DNA of 64,000 nucleotides from Thermodesulfovibrio sp. (GTDB lineage Bacteria; Nitrospirota; Thermodesulfovibrionia; UBA6902): NCBI GenBank assembly GCA_026982355.1, contig JALSHG010000046.1, positions 5,314 to 69,313 of the forward strand, read 5' to 3'. Shown piece by piece: positions 56,760 to 64,000 of this stretch (position 1 is its first letter; each line of letters starts with the position of its first letter). The notes under the pieces were generated by a model. It saw only the letters and a program-made list of their open reading frames with translations, ran no database searches and was not told where the DNA came from. The position numbers and the translations under genes were made by a program.

Positions 56760-57299
56760 CTACTTGCCTGCTTTGCCTGCCTTAAGCTTTATTCTCTCAT
56801 CCGCGTACCTGATACCCTTGCCCTTGTACACACTGGGCGGCCTGAGGGCCCGTATGTCGGCCGCAACCTGCCCCACCAGACGCTTGTCTATGCCGTCGAT
56901 GGTCAGGCGGGTCTGCTTTTTGTCCACCTCCGCGGTCACCCCCTCCGGCAGATTGAATTCTATCGGATGGGAATAGCCAAGTGTGAAGGTTATCTTCCGG
57001 CCCTGCACCTGCGCCCTGTATCCCACGCCGTTAATCTCGAGCACCCTCGGGAATCCCCGGCTGGTACCGGTGACCATGTTGGCGATGATGCTCCTCGTGG
57101 TGCCGTGAAGCGACCTGAAATGCTTCGTATCGGAGGGGCGTTCCACTATAACGGTCCTGTCCTGCACGGATACCTTCATGCCCTCCGGCACGGCCCATTT
57201 ATGCTCGCCTTTGGGCCCCTTCACGTGGATAAGGTTATCCTGGATTTTAACGTCCACCCCGTCCGGCAGACTTATGGGTTTTTTACCAACTCTTGACAT
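56760..57299 (-). CDS. rplF: 50S ribosomal protein L6
   Basis: 179 aa MSRVGKKPISLPDGVDVKIQDNLIHVKGPKG... Confidence 0.96.
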   Translation of the reverse strand: MSRVGKKPISLPDGVDVKIQDNLIHVKGPKGEHKWAVPEGMKVSVQDRTVIVERPSDTKHFRSLHGTTRSIIANMVTGTSRGFPRVLEINGVGYRAQVQGRKITFTLGYSHPIEFNLPEGVTAEVDKKQTRLTIDGIDKRLVGQVAADIRALRPPSVYKGKGIRYADERIKLKAGKAGK

Positions 57300-57344
57300 T
57301 TTATCTCCAGATCAGTATGTAAATGTAATTCGTGAAGTTTTGCA

Positions 57345-57740
57345 TTACCAGATATTGCACAGAACCTCGCCCCCGATGCCTTCACGCCTGCAGACCTCGT
57401 CGCTCAGTATTCCTTTTGATGTCGACAGAACGGCTATGCCGTATCCTCCCATCACCCTGGGAATCTCCGTCTTATCCACATAGACCCTTCTTCCGGGTTT
57501 GCTTATCCTTTTCAGCCCTGTTATCGCCTTTTCATTACCGGCCAGGTACTTCATGGTAATCCTTATGACACCCTGTTTTCTGTCCCTCAACACCTTGAAG
57601 CTCTTTATAAAACCTTTTTCCTTGAGTATTTTTACTATTTCGATCTTCAGCTTGGATGCCGGTATATCGACCTTTTCAAGTCTGGCCGTGTTGGCATTCC
57701 TGATTCTTGTAAGCATATCCGCAACCGGATCAGTCATCAT
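57345..57740 (-). CDS. rpsH: 30S ribosomal protein S8
   Basis: 131 aa [32 protein letters not shown]... Confidence 0.96.
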   Translation of the reverse strand: MMTDPVADMLTRIRNANTARLEKVDIPASKLKIEIVKILKEKGFIKSFKVLRDRKQGVIRITMKYLAGNEKAITGLKRISKPGRRVYVDKTEIPRVMGGYGIAVLSTSKGILSDEVCRREGIGGEVLCNIW

Positions 57741-57752
57741 AATTGTATACCT

Positions 57753-57938
57753 CTACCAACTGGATTTTGTCACACCCGGGATCAGGCCCCTCAGCGCGAG
57801 TGTCCTGAAACATATCCTGCACATCCCGAATTTTCTCAGGTAACCCCTCGGCCTGCCGCACAGGCCGCATCTGTGATAGGCCCTGACCTTGAACTTGGGC
57901 GGTCTTTTCTGTTTTGCAATGAGACACTTTTTCGCCAT
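57753..57938 (-). CDS. rpsZ: 30S ribosomal protein S14, type Z (zinc-binding)
   Basis: 61 aa with [21 protein letters not shown]4 motif. Confidence 0.95.
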   Translation of the reverse strand: MAKKCLIAKQKRPPKFKVRAYHRCGLCGRPRGYLRKFGMCRICFRTLALRGLIPGVTKSSW

Positions 57939-57957
57939 TATATTCCCTTTACTGTTG

Positions 57958-58497
57958 TTAATTCCTGAAAGGCATTCCGAGGCCCTTCAGCAGGGCCTTG
58001 CCTTCCTTGTCCGTTCTGGCTGATGTTACAATAATTATATCCATTCCGTGTATGCCGGCTATCTTGTCGTAATTAATCTCGGGAAATATTATCTGCTCCC
58101 TGACCCCGAATGCATAATTGCCCCTTCCGTCAAAGGACCTGCCGGAGATCCCCCTGAAGTCCCTGATCCTCGGCAGTGCAAGGCTTATGAATTTATCAAG
58201 AAAGATATACATCCTGTCACCCCTGAGGGTGACCCTGCATCCCACGGGCACGCCTTCACGCAGCTTGAATGCCGCAATGGACTTCTTCGCCCTTGTGATG
58301 ACCGCGGCCTGGCCGGAGATGACCGCCAGCTCCCGCGCCGCGGATTCAAGGGGTTTGATATCCTGTATGGCCTCTCCCATGCCGACGTTGAGGACAATGC
58401 TCCTGAGCCTGGGGACCTGCATAATGCTTTTATAGGAAAATTCCTTCATGAGGGCCGGCACGACTTCATTCATGTACTTCTCTTTTAATCTGACCAT
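57958..58497 (-). CDS. rplE: 50S ribosomal protein L5
   Basis: Start at [16 protein letters not shown] (5 nt after the rplX stop); the 18-codon upstream extension in the ORF track would overlap rplX and is rejected. Confidence 0.93.
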   Translation of the reverse strand: MVRLKEKYMNEVVPALMKEFSYKSIMQVPRLRSIVLNVGMGEAIQDIKPLESAARELAVISGQAAVITRAKKSIAAFKLREGVPVGCRVTLRGDRMYIFLDKFISLALPRIRDFRGISGRSFDGRGNYAFGVREQIIFPEINYDKIAGIHGMDIIIVTSARTDKEGKALLKGLGMPFRN

Positions 58498-58501
58498 TTG
58501 A

Positions 58502-58819
58502 TTATTCAATAACCTCCCCGCATTGTTTGCACAGCCGGATCTTCTTTCCATTCTCCAGAATATTGTGCCCTATCCGTGTCGGCTTGTCGCATTTCGGGCA
58601 TACGAGCATGACATTGGACCTGTGAATCGGCGCCTCTTTCTCTATAATTCCGCCCTGCGTGTATTTCTTATTGGGTTTCATGTGTCTTTTTATGATATTC
58701 AGCCCCTCAATGAGAAGTCTGTTTTCCTTTGCAATCACACTGCGCACCCTGCCCTTCTTCCCCCTCTCATCACCGGAGATGACGATTACCGTGTCGTTTT
58801 TCTTTATTCCAAGACCCAC
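58502..58819 (-). CDS. rplX: 50S ribosomal protein L24 (variant with a C4 zinc-ribbon-like C-terminus)
   Basis: 105 aa; KOW motif [17 protein letters not shown]-terminal [33 protein letters not shown] contains CxxC...CxxC. Confidence 0.93.
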   Translation of the reverse strand: MGLGIKKNDTVIVISGDERGKKGRVRSVIAKENRLLIEGLNIIKRHMKPNKKYTQGGIIEKEAPIHRSNVMLVCPKCDKPTRIGHNILENGKKIRLCKQCGEVIE

Positions 58820-58847
58820 ATCTACTCCTTATACAAAGATTGAATTC

Positions 58848-59002
58848 ACCTTACGGTACGCCGACAGGCGGAAGAGCCTGACGGAAAAGCTTTATCTGCG
58901 GTTCCTTTGTTTCCCGCAACAAAGTACTTGTTTCCGGCTATATTATCGCTTTATAAATGTCTTGCGGCAGGCTTTCCCGCCGGCTTATGCAAACTTTAAG
59001 CT
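58848..59002 (-). repeat. MITE-like element, long form with internal deletion, inverted orientation (copy n), between rplN and rplX
   Basis: ACCTTACgGtacGCcgAcAggCGGaAGAGcCtGacGGAAAAGCTTTATCTGCG...ATCGCTTTATAAAtgtCTTgCGGCAGGCTTTCCCGCCGGCTTATGCAAACTTTAAG; the reverse complement matches the ends and part of the internal module of copy f. It expands the normally ~10-bp rplN-rplX junction to 191 bp. Confidence 0.8.
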
Positions 59003-59010
59003 TTAAAGGT

Positions 59011-59379
59011 TTATATGACCTCCGGCGCCAGCGAGATAATCTTCATGAATTCCTTCCATCTCAGCTCCCTTGCAACCGGCCCGAATATTCTCGTGCCCAC
59101 AGGGTCGCCCTCAGCGTTTATAATAACCGCTGCGTTCTGATCGAACCTTATATAGGAGCCGTCCGGCCTCCGCAGGGCCTTTCTGGTCCTCACAACCACG
59201 GCCTTTGCCACCGTGCCCTTTTTTATTGTCCCGTGGGGGTCGGCCTCCTTTACGCTGACCACTATACGGTCTCCTATGCGGGCGTAGCGCCTGTGAAATC
59301 CGCCCAGCACCTTTATGCACTGGACCTTCTTGGCGCCGGAATTATCGGCAACTTCCAGAACACTCTCCTGTTGAATCAT
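59011..59379 (-). CDS. rplN: 50S ribosomal protein L14
   Basis: 122 aa [27 protein letters not shown]... Confidence 0.97.
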   Translation of the reverse strand: MIQQESVLEVADNSGAKKVQCIKVLGGFHRRYARIGDRIVVSVKEADPHGTIKKGTVAKAVVVRTRKALRRPDGSYIRFDQNAAVIINAEGDPVGTRIFGPVARELRWKEFMKIISLAPEVI

Positions 59380-59624
59380 TCGCTTCCTCTTCTAACTATA
59401 TCGAGAATTTCCCATCGTTTGTCTTTGCTCAGGGGCCTTGCCTCTATTATTGAGACCCTGTCGCCCTTTTTGCACCTGTTTTCCTCGTCATGCGCCTTGA
59501 ATCTCGCAACCTTTTTTATGGTCTTCTTGTAGACAGGGTGCTGTGTCAGCCTGGTCACTGCCACGACCACCGTCTTGTCCATCTTGTCGCTTACTACTTC
59601 GCCTGTATAAATCTTTTTTGGCAT
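59376..59624 (-). CDS. rpsQ: 30S ribosomal protein S17
   Basis: 82 aa; ...[33 protein letters not shown]... Confidence 0.95.
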   Translation of the reverse strand: MPKKIYTGEVVSDKMDKTVVVAVTRLTQHPVYKKTIKKVARFKAHDEENRCKKGDRVSIIEARPLSKDKRWEILDIVRRGSE

Positions 59625-59661
59625 TTACTTTTCCCGCCTTGATTTAAAATAGATGTCGGTT

Positions 59662-59880
59662 TCAGCGCGCTTCGGCCGTTTTCTTTTCAGCCTTCATTTT
59701 TTCATTGATAACCGTCAGTACCCGCGCAATATCCTTTCTGACGTGCCTGATTCTCATGGGATTTTCAATCTCACCCGTCACCTTCCGGAAATTCAGGTTG
59801 AAAAGCTCCTTTCTGAGATCCATCTCCTGCCGGCGCAGTTCTTCAATGGTCTTTGTCCTTAATTCGGAAGCCTTCATTTC
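59662..59880 (-). CDS. rpmC: 50S ribosomal protein L29
   Basis: Start at MKASELRTKTIEELRRQEMDLRKELFNLNFR (ATG 59880), overlapping the rplP stop; the longer N-terminal extension in the ORF track is rejected. Confidence 0.9.
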   Translation of the reverse strand, partial: EMKASELRTKTIEELRRQEMDLRKELFNLNFRKVTGEIENPMRIRHVRKDIARVLTVINEKMKAEKKTAEAR

Positions 59881-60289
59881 ATCCCATCCTCTTAACAAAT
59901 TTCGTCGCCACGGACAGTTTATGTGAAGCCAGCCTCAGGGCCTCCCTTGCAACGTCTTCATTGACCCCCGCCATCTCGTAAAGGAGCCGTCCCGGTTTTA
60001 CAACAGCCACCCATGATTCCGGGGAGCCCTTGCCCTTGCCCATCCTTGTTTCGGCAGGCTTCTTGGTCAGCGGCTTGTCGGGGAAAATTCTTATCCACAC
60101 CTTGCATCCCCTCTTCACGTGCCTTGTTATTGCAATCCTCGCCGCCTCAATCTGGCGGTTCGATACCCAGCCCGGCTCAGTGGCCTTAAGCCCGTATTCA
60201 CCGAACGAGACTTCAGAACCCCTGTAGGCCTTGCCTGTCATGCGGCCTTTCATCATTTTCCTGAATTTAACCTTCTTGGGCATTAACAT
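59879..60289 (-). CDS. rplP: 50S ribosomal protein L16
   Basis: 136 aa [36 protein letters not shown]... Confidence 0.96.
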   Translation of the reverse strand: MLMPKKVKFRKMMKGRMTGKAYRGSEVSFGEYGLKATEPGWVSNRQIEAARIAITRHVKRGCKVWIRIFPDKPLTKKPAETRMGKGKGSPESWVAVVKPGRLLYEMAGVNEDVAREALRLASHKLSVATKFVKRMG

Positions 60290-60366
60290 AACAAATCTTC
60301 TCCTTAAACCGGGCGCCGGCCTCCCTCATATTTCCGCCGGCCGTCCCGTCATAAATGCCGATCCGC

Positions 60367-61029
60367 TTATGCGGTCTCGCCGCCGGCCGGCTGAACCGCC
60401 GGATGCTGGAGGATATCTCCCTTGTATATCCAGACCTTGACGCCGATCCTGCCGTAGGTGGTCTTGGCCTCCGCAAGTCCGTAGTCGATGTCCGACCTGA
60501 ATGTGTGCAGGGGAACCCTTCCCTCCCTGTACCATTCCGATCTTGCTATCTCCGCGCCTGCAAGCCGTCCCGAGCACGCCACCTTGATACCGAGGGCGCC
60601 GAAACGCAGGGCGGAGGCGACCGCCTTTTTCATGGCCCTCCTGAAGGCGATTCTCTTCTCCAGTTGAAGGGCTATGTTTTCCGCAACAAGGACCGCGTCC
60701 AGCTCCGGTTTCCTGATTTCCTTGATGTCTATCGACATCTCCTTGCCTGTTATTTTTTCAAGCTCTTTTTTCAGCTTCTCAACCTCGACTCCCTTTTTGC
60801 CGATGATTATGCCGGGGCGGGCAGTGTGTATGGTCGTCCTGATTTTCTTGCCGGTTCTCTCGATTTCAACTTTGGGCACACCTGCATGAAAGAGATTCGC
60901 CTTTACGTATCTCTGAACGGCCAGGTCTTCATAAAGCTGTTCCTTGTAATTCTTTTTGGCAAACCATTTGGAATCCCATGTTCTTGTGATTCCGAGCCTG
61001 ATGCCTATCGGATGTGTCTTCTGCCCCAA
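60367..61029 (-). CDS. rpsC: 30S ribosomal protein S3
   Basis: 220 aa [24 protein letters not shown]...; KH domain; C-terminal GGETA tail. Confidence 0.97.
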   Translation of the reverse strand: MGQKTHPIGIRLGITRTWDSKWFAKKNYKEQLYEDLAVQRYVKANLFHAGVPKVEIERTGKKIRTTIHTARPGIIIGKKGVEVEKLKKELEKITGKEMSIDIKEIRKPELDAVLVAENIALQLEKRIAFRRAMKKAVASALRFGALGIKVACSGRLAGAEIARSEWYREGRVPLHTFRSDIDYGLAEAKTTYGRIGVKVWIYKGDILQHPAVQPAGGETA

Positions 61030-61050
61030 AATCTATCCTCCGTTTTCTGT

Positions 61051-61380
61051 TTATTCCTCTAAAATCAGGGTTATATGACTCGTTCTCTTCCTGATCATGT
61101 CCGCCCTGCCCATGGCGCGCGGCATCATCCTTTTCATTGTCGGTCCCTGGTCAATGAGAATCCTTGCCACCTTCATCGATTCGGGATCCGCGACTTTCTT
61201 CTGCTCTGCGTTCGCCATGGCGGACTTCAGGACCTTCGCCAGGAGCCTGCCGCCCTTATGCGGGAGAAAGCCGAGACTTATAATGGCATCGCCGGCCTTG
61301 CGGCCCTTGATCAGGTTCGCCACCCTTCTCACCTTCCTCGGCGCTATCCTTGCGTATCTCAATACTGCTTTTGATTCCAC
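61051..61380 (-). CDS. rplV: 50S ribosomal protein L22
   Basis: 109 aa MESKAVLRYARIAPRKVRRVANLIKGRKAGDAI... Confidence 0.96.
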   Translation of the reverse strand: MESKAVLRYARIAPRKVRRVANLIKGRKAGDAIISLGFLPHKGGRLLAKVLKSAMANAEQKKVADPESMKVARILIDQGPTMKRMMPRAMGRADMIRKRTSHITLILEE

Positions 61381-61419
61381 TGTTGATTACCTCGTATTAT
61401 CCCTGCGGTTGTCCTGAAA

Positions 61420-61450
61420 TATCTCATGCCGCGCTTATGCAGCATTAACG
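61420..61450 (-). repeat. MITE-like left-arm remnant (copy o) in the rpsS-rplV spacer
   Basis: CCGcGCTTATGCAgCATTAAcgg, whose reverse complement matches TTAATGtTGCATAAGCcCGG; the spacer is 75 bp instead of the usual ~15. Confidence 0.5.
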
Positions 61451-61455
61451 GTTGT

Positions 61456-61734
61456 TTATCTGCCTTTTTCCTTTCTGTCACCTGAATGACCCCTGAAGGT
61501 CCTCGTGGGTGAAAACTCTCCGAGTTTATGGCCCACCATGTTTTCCGTGACATAGACAGGGATGAATTTCCTCCCGTTATGCACTGCAAGGGTATGGCCG
61601 ACAAACTCCGGTACTATCGTGGACCTCCTTGACCATGTCTTGACGACGGTTCTCTCGTTTCTCTCGTTCATCGCCTGAATCTTTTTCATAAGCTTCGGGT
61701 CTACGTACGGTCCTTTTTTCAGAGATCTCGGCAA
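61456..61734 (-). CDS. rpsS: 30S ribosomal protein S19
   Basis: 92 aa [40 protein letters not shown]... Confidence 0.97.
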   Translation of the reverse strand: MPRSLKKGPYVDPKLMKKIQAMNERNERTVVKTWSRRSTIVPEFVGHTLAVHNGRKFIPVYVTENMVGHKLGEFSPTRTFRGHSGDRKEKGR

Positions 61735-61763
61735 GTCTTTTCCTCCTGCTTTACCTTATAAGC

Positions 61764-62585
61764 TTATTTTTTTCTCCGCCTGACAATCAGCCTGTCGGTT
61801 TTCTTGTTCTTCCTTGTCTTTCTGCCCTCGGGGAGGCTCCATGGCGAGACAGGCGTTCTGCCGCCGGAGCTCTTGCCTTCACCGCCGCCGAGGGGATGGT
61901 CCACCGGATTCATCGCAACCCCCCTTACGTGGGGCCTCCTGCCCTGCCAGCGGTTCCTGCCGGCCTTGCCTACGGATATGTTTTCGTAATCAACATTGCC
62001 GACCTGGCCGATTGTGGCCATGCACTCCGACGGTACAAACCTCACCTCCGAGGATGAGAGCTTGATCTGGCAGAGCTTTTCATCCTTTGCAACGAGCTGC
62101 GCGTAAGTTCCGGCGCTCCTGGCGATCTTGCCGCCCTGGCCCGGTCTCAGCTCGATGTTGTGTATTATTGTTCCCAGCGGGACGTCCTTCACCGGAAGTG
62201 CATTGCCCGGTTTTATCTCAGCGCCGGGCCCGGATATAAGGGAGTCGCCCACGCTTATCCCCTGCGGCGCAAGTATGTAGCGCCTCTCGCCGTCCGCATA
62301 TTTCAGCAGCGCTATCCGTGCCGTCCTGTTAGGGTCATACTCTATCGTCTCGACCGTGCACGGGATATTGAGCTTGTTCCTCTTGAAATCTATTATGCGG
62401 TACGCCCTCTTGTGGCCGCCGCCGCGCTGCCACACGGTTATACGCCCGGAATTGTTCCTCCCGCCGGATTTTTTAATGGGCATCAGGAGCGGCTTATACG
62501 GCTTGTCCGTGGTAATCTCGGAAAAATCGGAGCCGCTTCTGAAACGCGTGCCCGGTGATGTCGGTTTGAATTTTCTTATACCCAT
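61764..62585 (-). CDS. rplB: 50S ribosomal protein L2
   Basis: 273 aa [25 protein letters not shown]... Confidence 0.97.
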   Translation of the reverse strand: MGIRKFKPTSPGTRFRSGSDFSEITTDKPYKPLLMPIKKSGGRNNSGRITVWQRGGGHKRAYRIIDFKRNKLNIPCTVETIEYDPNRTARIALLKYADGERRYILAPQGISVGDSLISGPGAEIKPGNALPVKDVPLGTIIHNIELRPGQGGKIARSAGTYAQLVAKDEKLCQIKLSSSEVRFVPSECMATIGQVGNVDYENISVGKAGRNRWQGRRPHVRGVAMNPVDHPLGGGEGKSSGGRTPVSPWSLPEGRKTRKNKKTDRLIVRRRKK

Positions 62586-62587
62586 AA

Positions 62588-62878
62588 TTACATGCCTTCA
62601 ATGAAGTCCAGCTTTTCTCCCTCTTTCAGCGTGACTATCGCCTTTTTCCAGTCCGGCCTCTTTCCTTCGTGCCTTCCCATTCTCTTTTTCTTGCCTTTGC
62701 AGTTCATTGTCGTAACGCGTTCGACCTTTACCTTGAAAATCTCCTCAACGGCCTTTTTTATTTCTATCTTGTTGGCCTCCCGGGCCACCCTGAAGAGGAC
62801 CTTGTTATCGGTCTCTTTCAATAACGTTCCCCGTTCGGTCAGCAGCGGCCCCCTGAGGACCTCATAAGCGGTTCTCAT
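62588..62878 (-). CDS. rplW: 50S ribosomal protein L23
   Basis: 96 aa; ...[40 protein letters not shown]... Confidence 0.95.
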   Translation of the reverse strand: MRTAYEVLRGPLLTERGTLLKETDNKVLFRVAREANKIEIKKAVEEIFKVKVERVTTMNCKGKKKRMGRHEGKRPDWKKAIVTLKEGEKLDFIEGM

Positions 62879-63501
62879 CCCAGATACACCTCTTTCATCC
62901 GTTCAACGGCATCCTTTGAAATAAGCAGTTTTTCATATGAAAGCACAAGGTACGCATTCAGTTCACTTACCCTCGCAACGCCGACCTTCGGCAGGTTGCG
63001 CGCGGCAAGCTCGAGCGTCTCGTCTTTCTCTGGCACTATCATCAGCACATTATTACTGAATCCGATTTCCCCCAGCATCCGCCGGACGAGTTTTGTTTTC
63101 GGCCCGGAGACCGTCAGGTCATCTATGACCGTGACGTTCCCCCCGGCAAGCTTGGCGGCCAGGGCTGAACTCAGCGCCAGCCATTTCACTTTCTTGGGCA
63201 GCTTATATGAGTAGTCCCGCGGCTGCGGGCCGAAGACCGTGCCGCCTCCCTTCCATAAAGGAGACCTGATGCTGCCGGCCCTTGCCCTGCCCGTGCCTTT
63301 CTGCCTGTACGGCTTTCTGCCGCCTCCCCTGACAAGACCCCTCGTCTTTGTGGCGGCCGTACCCTGCCTCTTGTTGGCAAGGTGGTTGCGTACCACCTCG
63401 TGAAGCAGGTCCTTCCTGACCTTGACTCCGAATATGTCATCAGGCAGGTCTGCATTGCCCACCGGTCTGTTTTCCCTGTTTATGATTTCCACCTGCGGCA
63501 T
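62875..63501 (-). CDS. rplD: 50S ribosomal protein L4
   Basis: 208 aa MPQVEIINRENRPVGNADLPDDIFGV... Confidence 0.96.
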   Translation of the reverse strand: MPQVEIINRENRPVGNADLPDDIFGVKVRKDLLHEVVRNHLANKRQGTAATKTRGLVRGGGRKPYRQKGTGRARAGSIRSPLWKGGGTVFGPQPRDYSYKLPKKVKWLALSSALAAKLAGGNVTVIDDLTVSGPKTKLVRRMLGEIGFSNNVLMIVPEKDETLELAARNLPKVGVARVSELNAYLVLSYEKLLISKDAVERMKEVYLG

Positions 63502-64000
63502 CAGCTTTCTCCCGCAGCGGCGACCGGAGCGTCGGACCTGATTATCAGGTAACCGCCGTTTGCGCCGGGCACCGCCCCTTTCACAAGCATCAGATTCTGT
63601 TCTTTTCTCACGTCAACGATTTCAAGCCCCTTCACGGTAACCCGCCTGTCTCCCATGTGACCGGGAAGGCCCTTGTTCTTCCACACCCTTGAGGGATAGG
63701 CGCTCTGCCCTATGGACCCCGGGGCCCTGTTGAACATTGACCCGTGAGAACCGGGGCCGCCTTTATAATTATGTCTTTTCATTACCCCCTGAAAACCTTT
63801 CCCCTTTGACCTTCCTGTAATGGAGACCTTCTCGCCCTTTGAAAATATATCCACTCTTATACTGTCACCCTCGTCAAAGCCCTGCATCTTTATCTCTCTC
63901 AGGAAACGGTAGGGAGGGCTTGAGGTCTTTTGGAAATGTCCCTTCATGGGCTTCGGGACATTTTTCTCTTTCCTGATTTCATCATAGCCCACCTGCAGTG
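63501..64000 (-). CDS. rplC: 50S ribosomal protein L3, partial (N-terminus beyond the window edge)
   Basis: ...KPMKGHFQKTSS...SITGRSKGKGFQGVMKRHNYKGG...LVKGAVPGANGGYLIIR matches L3 from about residue 60 onward; the ORF continues in frame to position 64000. Confidence 0.9.
   Translation of the reverse strand, partial: LQVGYDEIRKEKNVPKPMKGHFQKTSSPPYRFLREIKMQGFDEGDSIRVDIFSKGEKVSITGRSKGKGFQGVMKRHNYKGGPGSHGSMFNRAPGSIGQSAYPSRVWKNKGLPGHMGDRRVTVKGLEIVDVRKEQNLMLVKGAVPGANGGYLIIRSDAPVAAAGES

Noticed and set aside
57958-58551. Longer 197-aa version of rplE starting at [10 protein letters not shown]...
   Set aside because: The 18-codon extension overlaps rplX by about 50 nt and is not homologous to L5; the conserved N-terminus starts at MVRLKEKY, 5 nt after the rplX stop.

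Overview
This is a 64-kb bacterial chromosomal segment, GC-rich outside the islands; the gene content and order (kdsB-pyrG-eno-ftsB, a Geobacter-style che cluster with HEAT/STAS proteins, a PEP-CTERM protein, C4 zinc-ribbon ribosomal proteins) suggest a deltaproteobacterium/Desulfobacterota-like organism. Reading left to right: the yebC(3' end)-ruvC-ruvA-ruvB-queH operon. Then a type IV pilus minor-pilin cluster (fimT/gspH-like, pilV, pilW, pilX, a small secreted ORF, a 1499-aa PilY1 and a coupled repeat lipoprotein). Then a convergent kdsB-pyrG-eno-ftsB-queD operon and a ThiI-like PP-loop ATPase. Then a lower-GC accessory block: a 2432-aa dockerin/PKD/IPT/FG-GAP/ASH/beta-propeller surface protein, a PEP-CTERM protein, a STAND-ATPase-TPR-SARP regulator divergent from a GHMP-kinase::UDPGP-pyrophosphorylase fusion, and a DUF362-methyltransferase-IMPase triplet. 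Then HU, and a 10-gene minus-strand chemotaxis cluster (dual-signalling-domain MCP, triple CheW with embedded CZB, CheB, HEAT, CheR, receiver, STAS, CheY, multi-Hpt CheA, MCP). Finally the alpha-spc-S10 ribosomal protein operons (rplQ back to a partial rplC). The most striking feature the gene list does not explain is a dispersed family of about 15 MITE/REP-like palindromic elements. The core is GTTGCATAA(A/G)CCGGCAGGAGAGTCC ... GGACTCTCCTGCCGGC...TTTATGC(A/C)(A/G)CTGTAAGGT. Short forms are about 85 bp and long forms about 220 bp with a conserved internal module. They sit in intergenic gaps across the window, including inside the che operon and inside the otherwise tightly packed ribosomal protein operon, where adk is missing between secY and map. 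An (AG)30 microsatellite lies in a 783-bp AT-rich leader upstream of the chemotaxis operon.
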